A DNA stretch of 29,976 nucleotides from assembly GCA_035537135.1 (NCBI GenBank), contig DATLMT010000419.1, positions 1-29,976 on the forward strand, given 5' to 3'. Within the stretch, counting starts at the first letter, position 1. Each line of letters begins with the position of its first letter. Source of the DNA: Burkholderiaceae bacterium. GTDB lineage: Bacteria > Pseudomonadota > Gammaproteobacteria > Burkholderiales > Burkholderiaceae_F. Under the pieces are notes generated by a model. The model searched no databases, was not told the origin of the DNA, and worked only from the letters and a program-made list of their open reading frames with translations. Shown piece after piece: positions 9,067-18,867 of the stretch. Made by a program: the position numbers and the translations under genes.

Positions 9067-10101
9067 GTGGCAGGCGTCCTAAGCACGCAAACGCGGGTTG
9101 TCGTACCTTCATTCGGGGTTGCAACGGCGCCGCGGTTCGCGCTCGCGTTCGGTGTCGTGCTCGCGCTGTTTGCAACCAGCCCGCTTTGGCTCGGCACCGT
9201 TGGGCTTTATCAGTACCTCGCTCTGGAAGTACTGATCTGGAGTCTGTACGCGCTGGGCTACAACCTCCTGCTCGGCTACGGTGGCTTACCTTCGTTCGGT
9301 CATGGCGCCTTCTTCGGCGTTGGCGCCTACGCGGCCGGGCTTGCCCTGAAGCAGGCCGAGATTGGATTGATCGCCGGCATGGTTACTGCGGTCGCTGCGG
9401 CCGCATTTTTCGGCGCCATCGTCGCAGTATTCATTTCGCATCGACGCGGCATCTACTACGCGCTGATGACGATCGCCTTCGGCCAGTTGGCGTGGTTTGT
9501 GTCGATCAAGTGGCACAGCGTAACCGGCGGCGAGGATGGACTGCTGAACATTCCGCGGCCGCCGCTCGACCTTGGCTTCGTTCAGTTTTCGTTGACATCG
9601 CATGCAGCGCTTTTCTATTTCGCGCTGGCGCTGTTCGGTGCGATCGCATGGGCGCTGTGGTACCTGATCGACACGCCGTTCGGGCGCGTACTAGGTGCCG
9701 TAAAGCAGAACGAGATGCGTGCGGCTTACTGCGGCCACAACGTCTGGCTCGTCAAGTTCACTGTGTTCGTAATGTCGTGTGCGATCGCGGGGTTAGCCGG
9801 GGGGCTATTCGCGCTGGCACAGCAGTCGGCGTATCCGAACGTGATGAGTCTCAACAATTCCGGCTACGTGGTGATGATGGTGCTGATCGGCGGCGGACTG
9901 GTGAGCTTCTGGGGGCCGGTGATCGGTGCCGTGTTCTTCATCATCGCGCGCGATTTGCTTGGCGCCTACACCGAGCTTTGGCTGCTGTGGTACGGACTGC
10001 TGTTCATGGCGCTCGTGCTGTTCAAGCCGGAAGGCCTTGCTGGAATGCTGCAACAACTGCGCGATAGAGCGCGCCGGCGCACGACCGATGTCGCTGCTTG
10101 A
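9067..10101 (+). CDS. livM: HAAT ABC permease, LivM-like
   Basis: LGYNLLLGYGGLPSFGHGAFFG, RGIYYALMTIAF, TGGEDG, TPFGRVLGAVKQNE and VLIGGG..FWGPVIGA motifs. Start moved from 8986 to GTG 9067, which follows GGGGAGA. Confidence 0.88.
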   Translation: MAGVLSTQTRVVVPSFGVATAPRFALAFGVVLALFATSPLWLGTVGLYQYLALEVLIWSLYALGYNLLLGYGGLPSFGHGAFFGVGAYAAGLALKQAEIGLIAGMVTAVAAAAFFGAIVAVFISHRRGIYYALMTIAFGQLAWFVSIKWHSVTGGEDGLLNIPRPPLDLGFVQFSLTSHAALFYFALALFGAIAWALWYLIDTPFGRVLGAVKQNEMRAAYCGHNVWLVKFTVFVMSCAIAGLAGGLFALAQQSAYPNVMSLNNSGYVVMMVLIGGGLVSFWGPVIGAVFFIIARDLLGAYTELWLLWYGLLFMALVLFKPEGLAGMLQQLRDRARRRTTDVAA

Positions 10102-10831
10102 AGCACGCCGCCTGCACAAGCGCTTCGGTCAGCAGATCGTGCTTGACGACGTGTCCTTCACGGTGGAAGCGGGTCAGCTTGCCGGAATCATCGGGCCTAA
10201 CGGCGCCGGAAAGACGACCTTCTTTAATGTTCTGACCGGCCGCTACAGGCCCGAGCGCGGCGAAGTATTTTTCGACGGCCGCAACATTACCGGTGCTTCG
10301 CCCGCCAACATCGCGCGCGCCGGCATCTCGCGCTCGTTCCAGTTGATGAATCTGTTCGACAGCTACAACGCGCTGGACAATGTGATCGTTGCGATGCGGC
10401 CTTTGATGAACAAGGCATTTCGGATGACCGGGCAAGTGCGGCGTGACTCTGCCTTGCAAGCGCGCGCCGCTCAACTGCTCGCCGATGTCGGGCTCGCGGG
10501 AAAAGAAGCCACACCCGCGAAGGCGCTCGCTTATGGCGATCGTCGCTGTCTGGAGATTGCAGTGGCACTCGCGCCCGAGCCGCGACTGCTGTTTCTCGAC
10601 GAGCCGACGGCCGGCATGGGCGCGCAGGGCGCACGCCGGCTCACGACCCTGATCGAGCAGCTGCGCCAGCGCACGACCATCGTTGTTATCGAACACGACA
10701 TGCCGTTTTTGTTTCGTATCGCCGATCACATCTCGGTGATCCAATGGGGCCAGGTGATCGCGCAGGGCACGCCGGCCGAATTGCGCGCTGATCCTTGGGT
10801 TGCGCGCAGCAATCTTGGAGGGGTCGCGTGA
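10088..10831 (+). CDS. livG: HAAT ABC ATPase, LivG-like
   Basis: Start MSLLEARRL at 10088; GPNGAGKTT, SRSFQ, LAYGDRR, LLFLDEPTAG and IEHDM motifs. Confidence 0.9.
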   Translation: MSLLEARRLHKRFGQQIVLDDVSFTVEAGQLAGIIGPNGAGKTTFFNVLTGRYRPERGEVFFDGRNITGASPANIARAGISRSFQLMNLFDSYNALDNVIVAMRPLMNKAFRMTGQVRRDSALQARAAQLLADVGLAGKEATPAKALAYGDRRCLEIAVALAPEPRLLFLDEPTAGMGAQGARRLTTLIEQLRQRTTIVVIEHDMPFLFRIADHISVIQWGQVIAQGTPAELRADPWVARSNLGGVA

Positions 10832-11526
10832 TGTTGCAAATAGAGAATATTTGCACGTTCTACGGCGAAACCCAGGCGTTGTTCGATGTGTCGCTGCAGG
10901 TGGGCCCCGGCGAGGTGGTCGCGCTACTTGGCGTGACCGGCGCTGGCAAGACGACTACGCTGCGCTCGATTCTCGGCCTGACTCCCGCGCGCCAGGGCAC
11001 GATTCGCTTCGACGGCAGCGATGTGACACATCACAGCACGCACCGCATTGCTCGCTCCGGCGTTGCCTGGGTGCCCGAGGAGCGGCGCGTCGTGCCAAGT
11101 CTTACAGTAAGACGGAATTTGTCGATTGCCGAGAAGCGGACCCGGTTTCGTCGCTGGACGATCGGCGAGTGCTGTGAAATCTTCACGGCGCTCCAATACC
11201 TGCTCGAGCGCGATAGCGAAAACCTTTCGGGCGGAGAGATGCAAATGGTGGCGATTTCGCGCGCACTGCTTGGCAGCCCAGGGCTGGTGTTGATGGATGA
11301 GCCGAGCCAGGGCCTGGCGCCTAAGGTCGTGCAGGACGTGATGCGCACCGTGCAGCGGTTGAAGAAGGAAGGCGTCAGCGTCCTGCTGGTCGAGCAGCAT
11401 GTAGGCGCCGCGCTCGATGTTGCCGATCGCGTGGTCGTGCTCGATCACGGCTCGGTCGTGCATCAAGGCGCAGCTGCCGACTTGCGTAACGACGCAGCGG
11501 CGCGCACTCGCTTGCTCGGTGCTTGA
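10831..11526 (+). CDS. livF: HAAT ABC ATPase, LivF-like
   Basis: GVTGAGKTT Walker A, VPEERR, LSGGEMQM, LMDEPSQGLAP and LLVEQ motifs. Confidence 0.9.
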   Translation: MLQIENICTFYGETQALFDVSLQVGPGEVVALLGVTGAGKTTTLRSILGLTPARQGTIRFDGSDVTHHSTHRIARSGVAWVPEERRVVPSLTVRRNLSIAEKRTRFRRWTIGECCEIFTALQYLLERDSENLSGGEMQMVAISRALLGSPGLVLMDEPSQGLAPKVVQDVMRTVQRLKKEGVSVLLVEQHVGAALDVADRVVVLDHGSVVHQGAAADLRNDAAARTRLLGA

Positions 11527-11530
11527 TTCG

Positions 11531-12145
11531 ATGGCGGATCTGCTGCGCGTCGCCGCTTTGCGCAAGGAATATCGCCACCGCTGGGCGAGCGTGCCCAGCT
11601 TCGTGCTGCATGCCGATCTCGCTTTTGCCGAACCGGGAATCGTCGGCGTGCTTGGTCCGAACGGCTCAGGCAAGACGACGCTGTTCGAATTAATTACCGG
11701 CTCGAATGCGCCCACCGCCGGCTCAGTGCACGTCGACGGGCAGGACATTCACAGCGTTCGGCGCAACGAGCGGGGCCAGCTTGCGCGGCATTATCACCAG
11801 TCGTATCAGATCCGGCGCTTCCGATCGTGGAGGCCCGAGGCAATGCTGGCGCACGCCGCGCGCGAAGAGGCTTTGGTTCACCTGTTCGACGAGCCACAGC
11901 TGAACACGCAGGACGGCTACATCGGGTTCATGCTACGGTTCTTCGAGAACCTGCGGCGCCGCGACCGGTTGCTGTTCGTCTGCCTGCATCCGCAGGAGCG
12001 TTGGCAGCTCGATTTGTTGCGCGAAATTGCCGCCAGCTTCGTGTTTGTTGAACGTGGCCAGGTATCGCGGCACGCCACCTTCGAGGAACTAATATGCGTG
12101 CCTGGAGCGCGCGATTATCTCGGCCATCTGGCCGGAGCGGAATAG
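11531..12145 (+). CDS. Atypical short ABC ATPase lacking the helical/signature subdomain
   Basis: GPNGSGKTT Walker A, HQSYQ Q-loop, VHLFDEP Walker B and CLH switch are present; there is no LSGGQ-like motif. 204 aa from ATG 11531, tightly packed between livF and iolA. Confidence 0.75.
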   Translation: MADLLRVAALRKEYRHRWASVPSFVLHADLAFAEPGIVGVLGPNGSGKTTLFELITGSNAPTAGSVHVDGQDIHSVRRNERGQLARHYHQSYQIRRFRSWRPEAMLAHAAREEALVHLFDEPQLNTQDGYIGFMLRFFENLRRRDRLLFVCLHPQERWQLDLLREIAASFVFVERGQVSRHATFEELICVPGARDYLGHLAGAE

Positions 12146-12149
12146 CGAT

Positions 12150-13673
12150 ATGGGAAAAAACGAAGTAGCACTCGCCGACATAACACATTGGATCGCCGGG
12201 CGCCGTGGCGGCGTTCCAAACGGCCACAGCGATCGCACAGGCGAAGTCTTTAATCCAGCCACTGGAGACGTCACCGGTTCTGTGCGGTTAGCGGATGCCG
12301 GCACGGTCGACGCCGCGGTCAGTGCCGCGCTTGCGGCGCTGCCCACATGGAGCGCGACCTCACCGCCGAATCGAGCGCGTGTGATGTTCCGCTTCAAGGA
12401 GTTGCTGGAGCGCAATCACGACGCGCTGGCGTCGATCATCACGAACGAGCACGGCAAAGTGTTCAGCGATGCCAAAGGCGAAGTACAGCGCGGCATCGAG
12501 ATTGTCGAGTTCGCATGCGGCGCGCCGCAGCTGCTCAAGACGCAGTTTTCGGACAACATTGGCGGCGGCATCGACAACTATTCGTTGCGCCAACCGCTTG
12601 GCGTGGTCGCCGGGATTACGCCGTTCAATTTTCCAGTGATGGTTCCGATGTGGATGTTTCCGCTGGCGCTTGTATGCGGAAACACTTTCGTGCTGAAGCC
12701 ATCCGAGCGCGATCCGTCGGCATCGTTGCTGCTAGCTGAACTGCTGCAGCAAGCGGGATTGCCTGACGGTGCGTTTAACGTCGTGCAAGGGGACAAGGAA
12801 GCGGTCGACGCGATTCTTGCGAATAAAGGCATCGCCGCCGTCAGCTTCGTCGGCTCGACGCCGATTGCGCAATATATCCATGCCGAAGGCACACGCCACG
12901 GCAAGCGTGTACAGGCGCTGGGGGGCGCCAAAAATCACATGGTCGTCATGCCGGACGCCGATCTCGATCATGCGGCCGACGCGCTCACTGGCGCCGCGTA
13001 TGGGTCGGCAGGCGAGCGCTGCATGGCGATATCCGTATGCGTAGCGGTTGGCAACGTCGCCGATCCGCTGATTGACAAGCTGAAATCGCGCATCGGCGCG
13101 CTGCGAATCACCGGCGGCATGGACGCAACGGCAGATATCGGTCCGTTGGTCACAGGCGCACATCGCGAGAAAGTGCTTGGTTACATCGACCACGGTGTGC
13201 GCGAAGGCGCGCGGATCGTGTGCGACGGACGCACTCACGAAGCCGCAACGCAAGCCGGATTTTTCCTCGGCGCAACGCTGTTCGACAAAGTCGAACCGTC
13301 GATGCGAATTTATCGTGAAGAGATTTTCGGGCCAGTGCTCGGCGTCGTGCGCGTCCCCGACCTCGCAGCGGCACTAGAGATCGTCAACTCGCACGAGTAC
13401 GGTAATGGCGTGGCCATTTACACCGCCGACGGCGGCACCGCGCGCGACTTCGCGCGCAGCGTGCAAGCAGGCATGGTCGGAGTCAATGTGCCGATTCCGG
13501 TGCCAATGGCGTTTCACTCGTTCGGCGGCTGGAAGCGCTCGATGTTCGGCGACCACCACGCATACGGCGAAGAGGCAATTCGCTTCTACACGCGCTACAA
13601 GTCGGTCATGCAGCGCTGGCCTGACGCGGCAGCAACCAAAGGGCCCGAGTTCGCGATGCCGGTGCACAAGTAG
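12150..13673 (+). CDS. mmsA: CoA-acylating (methyl)malonate-semialdehyde dehydrogenase
   Basis: [38 protein letters not shown], catalytic [17 protein letters not shown] and SFGGWKRS motifs. Equivalent to IolA. Confidence 0.95.
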   Translation: MGKNEVALADITHWIAGRRGGVPNGHSDRTGEVFNPATGDVTGSVRLADAGTVDAAVSAALAALPTWSATSPPNRARVMFRFKELLERNHDALASIITNEHGKVFSDAKGEVQRGIEIVEFACGAPQLLKTQFSDNIGGGIDNYSLRQPLGVVAGITPFNFPVMVPMWMFPLALVCGNTFVLKPSERDPSASLLLAELLQQAGLPDGAFNVVQGDKEAVDAILANKGIAAVSFVGSTPIAQYIHAEGTRHGKRVQALGGAKNHMVVMPDADLDHAADALTGAAYGSAGERCMAISVCVAVGNVADPLIDKLKSRIGALRITGGMDATADIGPLVTGAHREKVLGYIDHGVREGARIVCDGRTHEAATQAGFFLGATLFDKVEPSMRIYREEIFGPVLGVVRVPDLAAALEIVNSHEYGNGVAIYTADGGTARDFARSVQAGMVGVNVPIPVPMAFHSFGGWKRSMFGDHHAYGEEAIRFYTRYKSVMQRWPDAAATKGPEFAMPVHK

Positions 13674-13754
13674 CCTGCCGAGCCTGATTCGTCGCGCTCC
13701 GTAAACTGCGCCTCGCCGGGCGTGACCACCCGGCGGTCGAACAAGAGGTGCACC

Positions 13755-16046
13755 ATGCTGCAATTTCGATTGCGGCGATACCTGTTGGCGGTTCTTTCCT
13801 GCGCGGTGACGGTGAACGCTGCATTTGCGCAGGTCGCACCGGTGCCGGACTTGGCCCCTGCACCGCTCGCTCGCCCGAGGATTGGCCTCGTTCTTTCCGG
13901 CGGCGGCGCGCGTGGCGCGGCTCACATCGGCGTGCTCAAGGTTCTGGAGGAAATGCGCGTGCCGGTCGATGTGATCGCAGGCACCAGCATGGGGGCGATC
14001 ATCGGCGCCGCGTATGCCACCGGCACGACAGTGGCTGAGATGGAACGAACGATCAGATCGATTACCACCGACCGCTTGTTTACCGATCAGCCGCCCCGTC
14101 AGGATCAGTCGATGCGGCGCAAGGACGACGACCTCCGGCCGTACTTGGTTCCCGAATTGCCCATAACTGCCGACGGCGTGCTACTGCCGAAAGGAGTGGT
14201 GACGGGCGTTGCGCTTGAAAGCGAACTGCGGAAGCTCGTACAGATCACCAGTGTGCGCAGTTTCGACGAGCTGCCAATTCCATTCCGCGCGATCGCCACG
14301 GACATCGGCACCGGGGAGATGGTGGTGCTGAAAGAGGGCAGTGTCGTGCAGGCGATACGCGCTTCGATGTCGGTACCGGGGGCAGTCGCGCCGGTCGAAG
14401 CAGGACCGGACGGGAAACGACGGCAGCTAGTCGACGGGGGATTGGTGCGCAATCTGCCGGTCGACATCGCACGTGCGATGGGAGCCGACGTCATCATTGC
14501 CGTCAACCTCGGCACGCCGCTGCTGAAGCCCGAGCAGATCACCTCGGTGCTTAGCGTGTCTTTGCAGATGATCAACATCCTGACGGAGCAGAACGTCGGC
14601 CGCTCGCTGGCCGAGCTGAAGCCGCAGGATGTTTTGATCATGCCCGAGCTCGGCGAGTATTCGGCCGCCGACTTCGACAATCTTTCGAAGACAGTGCCGA
14701 TCGGCGAGGCGGCGGCGCGTGCGCTGGCCGGTCGCTTGCGTGAGTTTTCATTGCCGCCCGCGCAGTACGCGACACTGCGCGCGCAGCAGGTCGCACCCGC
14801 GGCGCTCGCCGCGTTGCCGATCGAAGCGATCAGGGTCGACGGTACGCGCGGTGTCAGCGAGGCCGCTGTGCTGGAGGCGATGCAGACACGCATCGGCGCG
14901 CCGCTCGATCGCGACACGATCGATCTTGACCTGCGGCGCATCTTTGGCCGCGGTGATTTTGAAACCGTCAATTACACCGTGCAGCAGATCGACGGTAAGC
15001 GCACGCTAGTGGTGCTCGTCAAAGAGCGGCCCGAGCGCAACTACGTGCGCTTCGGCCTGCAGCTCGAGGCATCGCTCGGCGCTCAAGCCGATTTCAACCT
15101 GCTGGCATCGCATCGTATGAAGTGGCTGAACTCACTGGGTGGTGAGTGGCGCAACGAGGTTGTTCTCGGGCGGGATGTCTTGATATCCAGCGAGATCTAT
15201 CAGCCACTGTCGGCGCGGCAATATTTTTTCGTCGCTCCGCGTGCAAGTTTTTCGATCGACCGATTCGATCTATATGCCGATGGGTTGCGCCTGGCCGAGT
15301 ACAGGGATCAGACAACGGTGGCCGGGATTGGCTTCGGCGTTAACTTCTTGCAGTACGGTGAAGCTCGTGTCGGAGCGCAGGTAGGCAAGCGCGAGCTAGA
15401 GCTGCGCAGCGGCGGCGTCTTCTTTCTACCCGGCAGCGATTTTGGTCCGCTCGCGTTGCCAACGGTGGGCCGCTTCGATATTGGCGCGTTTACGCTATCA
15501 GCCAAGCTCGACCGCCTCGACAGCATCGACTTCGCGAAGCACGGTTACTACGCGCGCGCCGACGTGCACATTTCAAGCGATTTGCTCGGTGCCGACGAGC
15601 GCTACACACGCTGGAACGCGGTGGTAAGCGCGCCGTTGACTTGGCGTCAGCACACGATCGAAGCGACCTTCGCCGCTGGCGGGAAGTTCGGTTCCGATGA
15701 AGTCCCGGTGTACGAGCAATTTGGGCTAGGCGGCTTTCTGAACCTGTCAGGTTTGTCGCGCGGCCAGTTGCGCAGCGACCGATTTCTGTTCGGGCGCCTT
15801 ATTTATCGAAGCAAGGTCACCAAGGTGCCGCGGTTCGAAGGCGTCAACGTCGGCATCTCGTTGGAGGCGGCGCGCCTCCAGCCGCTGATTCCGATTTGGC
15901 GCGGGAAGCCCGTTAACGGCGACTTGACGGTGGGCGCCGGCGCGCTGTTCGTCGGCATCGATTCGGTGCTGGGTCCACTTTACTTTGGCATTGGCTATGC
16001 AAATCGCGACAACATCGCGGTCTATCTCTATCTCGGGCGCCCCTGA
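13755..16046 (+). CDS. Patatin-POTRA-Omp85 beta-barrel protein (PlpD-like, type Vd)
   Basis: Signal peptide; GGGARG, GTSMG and DGG patatin motifs; POTRA-like [25 protein letters not shown]; C-terminal amphipathic strands ending YLYLGRP. Start at ATG 13755 after AAGAGG. Confidence 0.88.
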   Translation: MLQFRLRRYLLAVLSCAVTVNAAFAQVAPVPDLAPAPLARPRIGLVLSGGGARGAAHIGVLKVLEEMRVPVDVIAGTSMGAIIGAAYATGTTVAEMERTIRSITTDRLFTDQPPRQDQSMRRKDDDLRPYLVPELPITADGVLLPKGVVTGVALESELRKLVQITSVRSFDELPIPFRAIATDIGTGEMVVLKEGSVVQAIRASMSVPGAVAPVEAGPDGKRRQLVDGGLVRNLPVDIARAMGADVIIAVNLGTPLLKPEQITSVLSVSLQMINILTEQNVGRSLAELKPQDVLIMPELGEYSAADFDNLSKTVPIGEAAARALAGRLREFSLPPAQYATLRAQQVAPAALAALPIEAIRVDGTRGVSEAAVLEAMQTRIGAPLDRDTIDLDLRRIFGRGDFETVNYTVQQIDGKRTLVVLVKERPERNYVRFGLQLEASLGAQADFNLLASHRMKWLNSLGGEWRNEVVLGRDVLISSEIYQPLSARQYFFVAPRASFSIDRFDLYADGLRLAEYRDQTTVAGIGFGVNFLQYGEARVGAQVGKRELELRSGGVFFLPGSDFGPLALPTVGRFDIGAFTLSAKLDRLDSIDFAKHGYYARADVHISSDLLGADERYTRWNAVVSAPLTWRQHTIEATFAAGGKFGSDEVPVYEQFGLGGFLNLSGLSRGQLRSDRFLFGRLIYRSKVTKVPRFEGVNVGISLEAARLQPLIPIWRGKPVNGDLTVGAGALFVGIDSVLGPLYFGIGYANRDNIAVYLYLGRP

Positions 16047-16049
16047 CGT

Positions 16050-17606
16050 TCATACTTCGCGCAACGATCGCCGATACTGAATCGCCTCCGCGACGTGCGA
16101 CGTGGCAAGCTCGGTTGCGCCGGCCAGATCCGCAACGGTGCGCGACACCTTTAGCACGCGGTGATACGCGCGCATCGACCACCCGAGTCGAACCGCGGCC
16201 GCGTGCAGCAGTGATTTGACGGCGCCGGACACGGTGCATACCTGATCGATCTCCGAGGGCTGCAAATGATCGTTCAGCTTGCCCTGTCTCGCGAGTGCCT
16301 GGTGATACGCCTTGCGCACGCGCTCTGCGACGAAGCGCGTCGGCTCACCGTCGCCCATCGTCGTTAGCTCCTCCTCGGTGAATGAAGACACTTCGACACG
16401 CATGTCGATACGATCGAGAAGCGGCCCCGAGATGCGGTCCTGATAACGCGCGACCAGATCCGGCGTGCAGTGGCACTCGATCGTCCGGTGGCCAAAGTAG
16501 CCGCATGGACACGGGTTCATCGCTGCGATCAATTGAAATTTGGCGGGATACTCGACCTGGCGCGCTGCCCGCGACACGGTGATACGGCCTGATTCGAGCG
16601 GCTGCCTCAACGACTCGAGCACGCGCCGCTCGAACTCCGGCAGCTCATCGAGGAACAACACGCCATGGTGCGCGAGCGAAATCTCGCCAGGCATTGGCGG
16701 ATTGCCGCCGCCCACCAATGCGACGGCGCTCGACGTGTGATGCGGAGAGCGAAAGATCCGAGTCGCCCAGCGCTGCGTGGCGAACTGCCCCACGATCGAC
16801 AACACCGCCGCCGATTCAAGCGCTTCGTCGGTCGTCATCGGCGGAAGAATTCCGGCGAAGCGCTGCGCCAACATCGTTTTGCCTGTGCCCGGGGGGCCCA
16901 CGAGTAACGCGCTGTGACCGCCGGCAGCGGCGATTTCGAGCGCACGCCGCGCGGCCAGCTGGCCCTTGACGTCAAACATATCCGGATAGGTCGGCGGTGT
17001 AAGCCGAACCATTGCCTGGTGCGCTTCGATGCGCTGCGCGCCCGCCTCCCCTGAAACTGCGCGCAGATGCTCGACCACTTGCAACAGCGTCTTTGCAGGA
17101 TAAATTGGCACCTGCCCCACAAGCGCTGCTTCATCGGCACTCTCCGACGGGACAATGAAGCCACGCGGCGGCGGTTTGTCGGCACTGCGCCTTTCGCCAT
17201 CGCCGGAGCCGGCCAGCGTGACTGCGTACGCCATCGCAAGCGTGCCACGCACCGGCCTTAACTCACCGGACAACGACAGCTCCCCGGCGAATTCGTACCG
17301 ATCAAGTGCGCGCGCCGGCAATTGCCCGGTCGCGGCGAGAATACCCAGTGCGATTGGCAAATCGAAGCGCCCCGATTCTTTCGGCAGATCGGCCGGCGCG
17401 AGATTCACGGTAATTCGCCGCATCGGAAAATCGAAGCGGCTGTTTTGCAGGGCCGCGCGCACGCGCTCGCGCGCCTCGCGCACCTCTGTATCTGGCAGCC
17501 CGACCAGCGTAAAAGCGGGCAGCCCGTTGGCAAGATGCACTTCGACGGTGACTTCGGGTGCCGACATGCCCGACAAGCCGCGGCTGCGAACGACGGCGAG
17601 CGTCAT
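16050..17606 (-). CDS. comM: YifB/ComM Mg-chelatase-like AAA+ ATPase
   Basis: EVHLANGLPAFTLVGLPDTEVREARERVRAAL, NLAPADLPKESGRFDLPIA, GPPGTGKT, LFLDELPEF and MNPCPCGY motifs. Confidence 0.95.
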   Translation of the reverse strand: MTLAVVRSRGLSGMSAPEVTVEVHLANGLPAFTLVGLPDTEVREARERVRAALQNSRFDFPMRRITVNLAPADLPKESGRFDLPIALGILAATGQLPARALDRYEFAGELSLSGELRPVRGTLAMAYAVTLAGSGDGERRSADKPPPRGFIVPSESADEAALVGQVPIYPAKTLLQVVEHLRAVSGEAGAQRIEAHQAMVRLTPPTYPDMFDVKGQLAARRALEIAAAGGHSALLVGPPGTGKTMLAQRFAGILPPMTTDEALESAAVLSIVGQFATQRWATRIFRSPHHTSSAVALVGGGNPPMPGEISLAHHGVLFLDELPEFERRVLESLRQPLESGRITVSRAARQVEYPAKFQLIAAMNPCPCGYFGHRTIECHCTPDLVARYQDRISGPLLDRIDMRVEVSSFTEEELTTMGDGEPTRFVAERVRKAYHQALARQGKLNDHLQPSEIDQVCTVSGAVKSLLHAAAVRLGWSMRAYHRVLKVSRTVADLAGATELATSHVAEAIQYRRSLREV

Positions 17607-17889
17607 CGCGACGTTGTCATCGAGCAACCGTTAATACCGACATGGCCTGTGATTCTATCGACGCGTCACGGAGTGCCTTGCCAGCACCTTGGCGGCCTAA
17701 ACCGTTCACGCGATCGAAAAGCCCCTTAATGCCCCCGCATCCCTCTTTTGGGTGCGCGGCGACCCTAATTGGACGAAGGAAAAATGATCCGTTTAGCCTG
17801 ATATTCGCAAGGGGTGGTCCGCGTCTCCATGGCACGATACAGTCACGGCTCCGTCACTTTTTCTACTCGCAAATCGGCAAGCGAATCTG

Positions 17890-18825
17890 GTGGCTACTTT
17901 TCTTCTCTGCGTCGCGATTTTCGGCACGATCACAGGGCTGTACATCTGGGCGCAGCGCCGCGCGCGCGCGCTCCGCGAACAATCGGCCCGGCGCGAGCAG
18001 AGTGCGATGGCACTGATGCTGGCCGGCGGGCAGCTTGACGAAGAGCGGCCGCCTGAATCCGATACGCCAGTTAAGCCGAAAGTGATGGGACGCTTGTTGG
18101 ACGATGACCCCGCCGAAAAAGCAGCAGCAGCGGCGCGTCATGCGGCGGCGCGAAGCGTGGCCAAGGAAAAGACTCGAGAGCTGCCGCCGCTTGAATACGG
18201 CAGTAAGGATTCGAAATCGCGCAGCAAGTCGAAGTCGAACGGTGCGCACAATGGAGCACATCGTGCAGCACCCGTCGAACACGCGGCAGACGGCATGGAT
18301 CCGATTGAGGATTTGATTTCACAGATCATGGTGCATGAGCCGGAGCAGCACACTCGGCCGCGATCCGCGGCCAAGCCCGCGCCGGCATCAAACGACGCAG
18401 TGGCGAAACGCAAGCCCGATGTGATTTCGCCGAACGTGCCACTGCGTGAACTCGTTCTCGCTTGGTATGAAGCGCGTGGCTATCGCGGTTCTCCCGCTTC
18501 GCCGGCGGTATGGCCGATCGAACTCGTATTGCGTCATCGCGAGGACGCTGCGCGCGCATATGCCTTCGTCGTTCAAAACGATCATGTGTCGGTTGATCGC
18601 ATCACTGCACTGATCGAGCAGGCGCGCGAAATCGGCATGATGCGCGTGGCCGTGATCGCCGAGGCCGGATATGAAAGCGGCGCGAAGGAAGTTGCCAAGC
18701 GTCGACATGTGCGTTTGATCGACCGCCCGGCCATGGAAGCCGAGTTGTCCGAATTGCAGTTACCTACCGCAGCGAAGATCATTGCGATCGCTCGCAAACG
18801 CTCGGCCGAGGCGTCTCCCGCTTAA
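17890..18825 (+). CDS. Membrane-anchored protein with a low-complexity linker and C-terminal degenerate Mrr-like (restriction endonuclease fold) domain
   Basis: N-terminal hydrophobic segment FLLCVAIFGTITGLYIW. C-terminal LVLAWYEARGY...PIELVL...YAFVVQ...VSVDRI...RVAVIAEAGYESGAKEVAKRRHVRLIDRPAMEAEL follows the Mrr_cat pattern. Recognised by eye, not by search. Confidence 0.65.
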   Translation: MATFLLCVAIFGTITGLYIWAQRRARALREQSARREQSAMALMLAGGQLDEERPPESDTPVKPKVMGRLLDDDPAEKAAAAARHAAARSVAKEKTRELPPLEYGSKDSKSRSKSKSNGAHNGAHRAAPVEHAADGMDPIEDLISQIMVHEPEQHTRPRSAAKPAPASNDAVAKRKPDVISPNVPLRELVLAWYEARGYRGSPASPAVWPIELVLRHREDAARAYAFVVQNDHVSVDRITALIEQAREIGMMRVAVIAEAGYESGAKEVAKRRHVRLIDRPAMEAELSELQLPTAAKIIAIARKRSAEASPA

Positions 18826-18867
18826 AAGTCTTTGCCACGCGCTCATAACCTGCAGCGCGTCCCCGAT

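Noticed and set aside
1-13673. Calling the island a mobile element
   Set aside because: No integrase, transposase, tRNA target or flanking direct repeats are visible, and there is no obvious compositional break.
5162-13673. Valine catabolism (mmsA-mmsB with Liv transporter) as the sole explanation
   Set aside because: Not excluded, but it does not account for the translationally coupled iolR-iolC or the two SDRs, and the dehydrogenase lacks the typical DAPVSGG loop.
17829-17845. TGGCACGATACAGTC upstream of the Mrr-like gene
   Set aside because: Good -24 half but no -12 TTGC element.
17607-17889. 283-bp comM intergenic region as a possible ncRNA or small ORF
   Set aside because: Only weak hairpins and no convincing RBS-ORF. 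It is adequately explained as a divergent promoter region.
18837-18860. ACGCGCT/AGCGCGT inverted repeat between convergent genes
   Set aside because: Short stem, 10-nt loop and no U tract; too weak to call a terminator.
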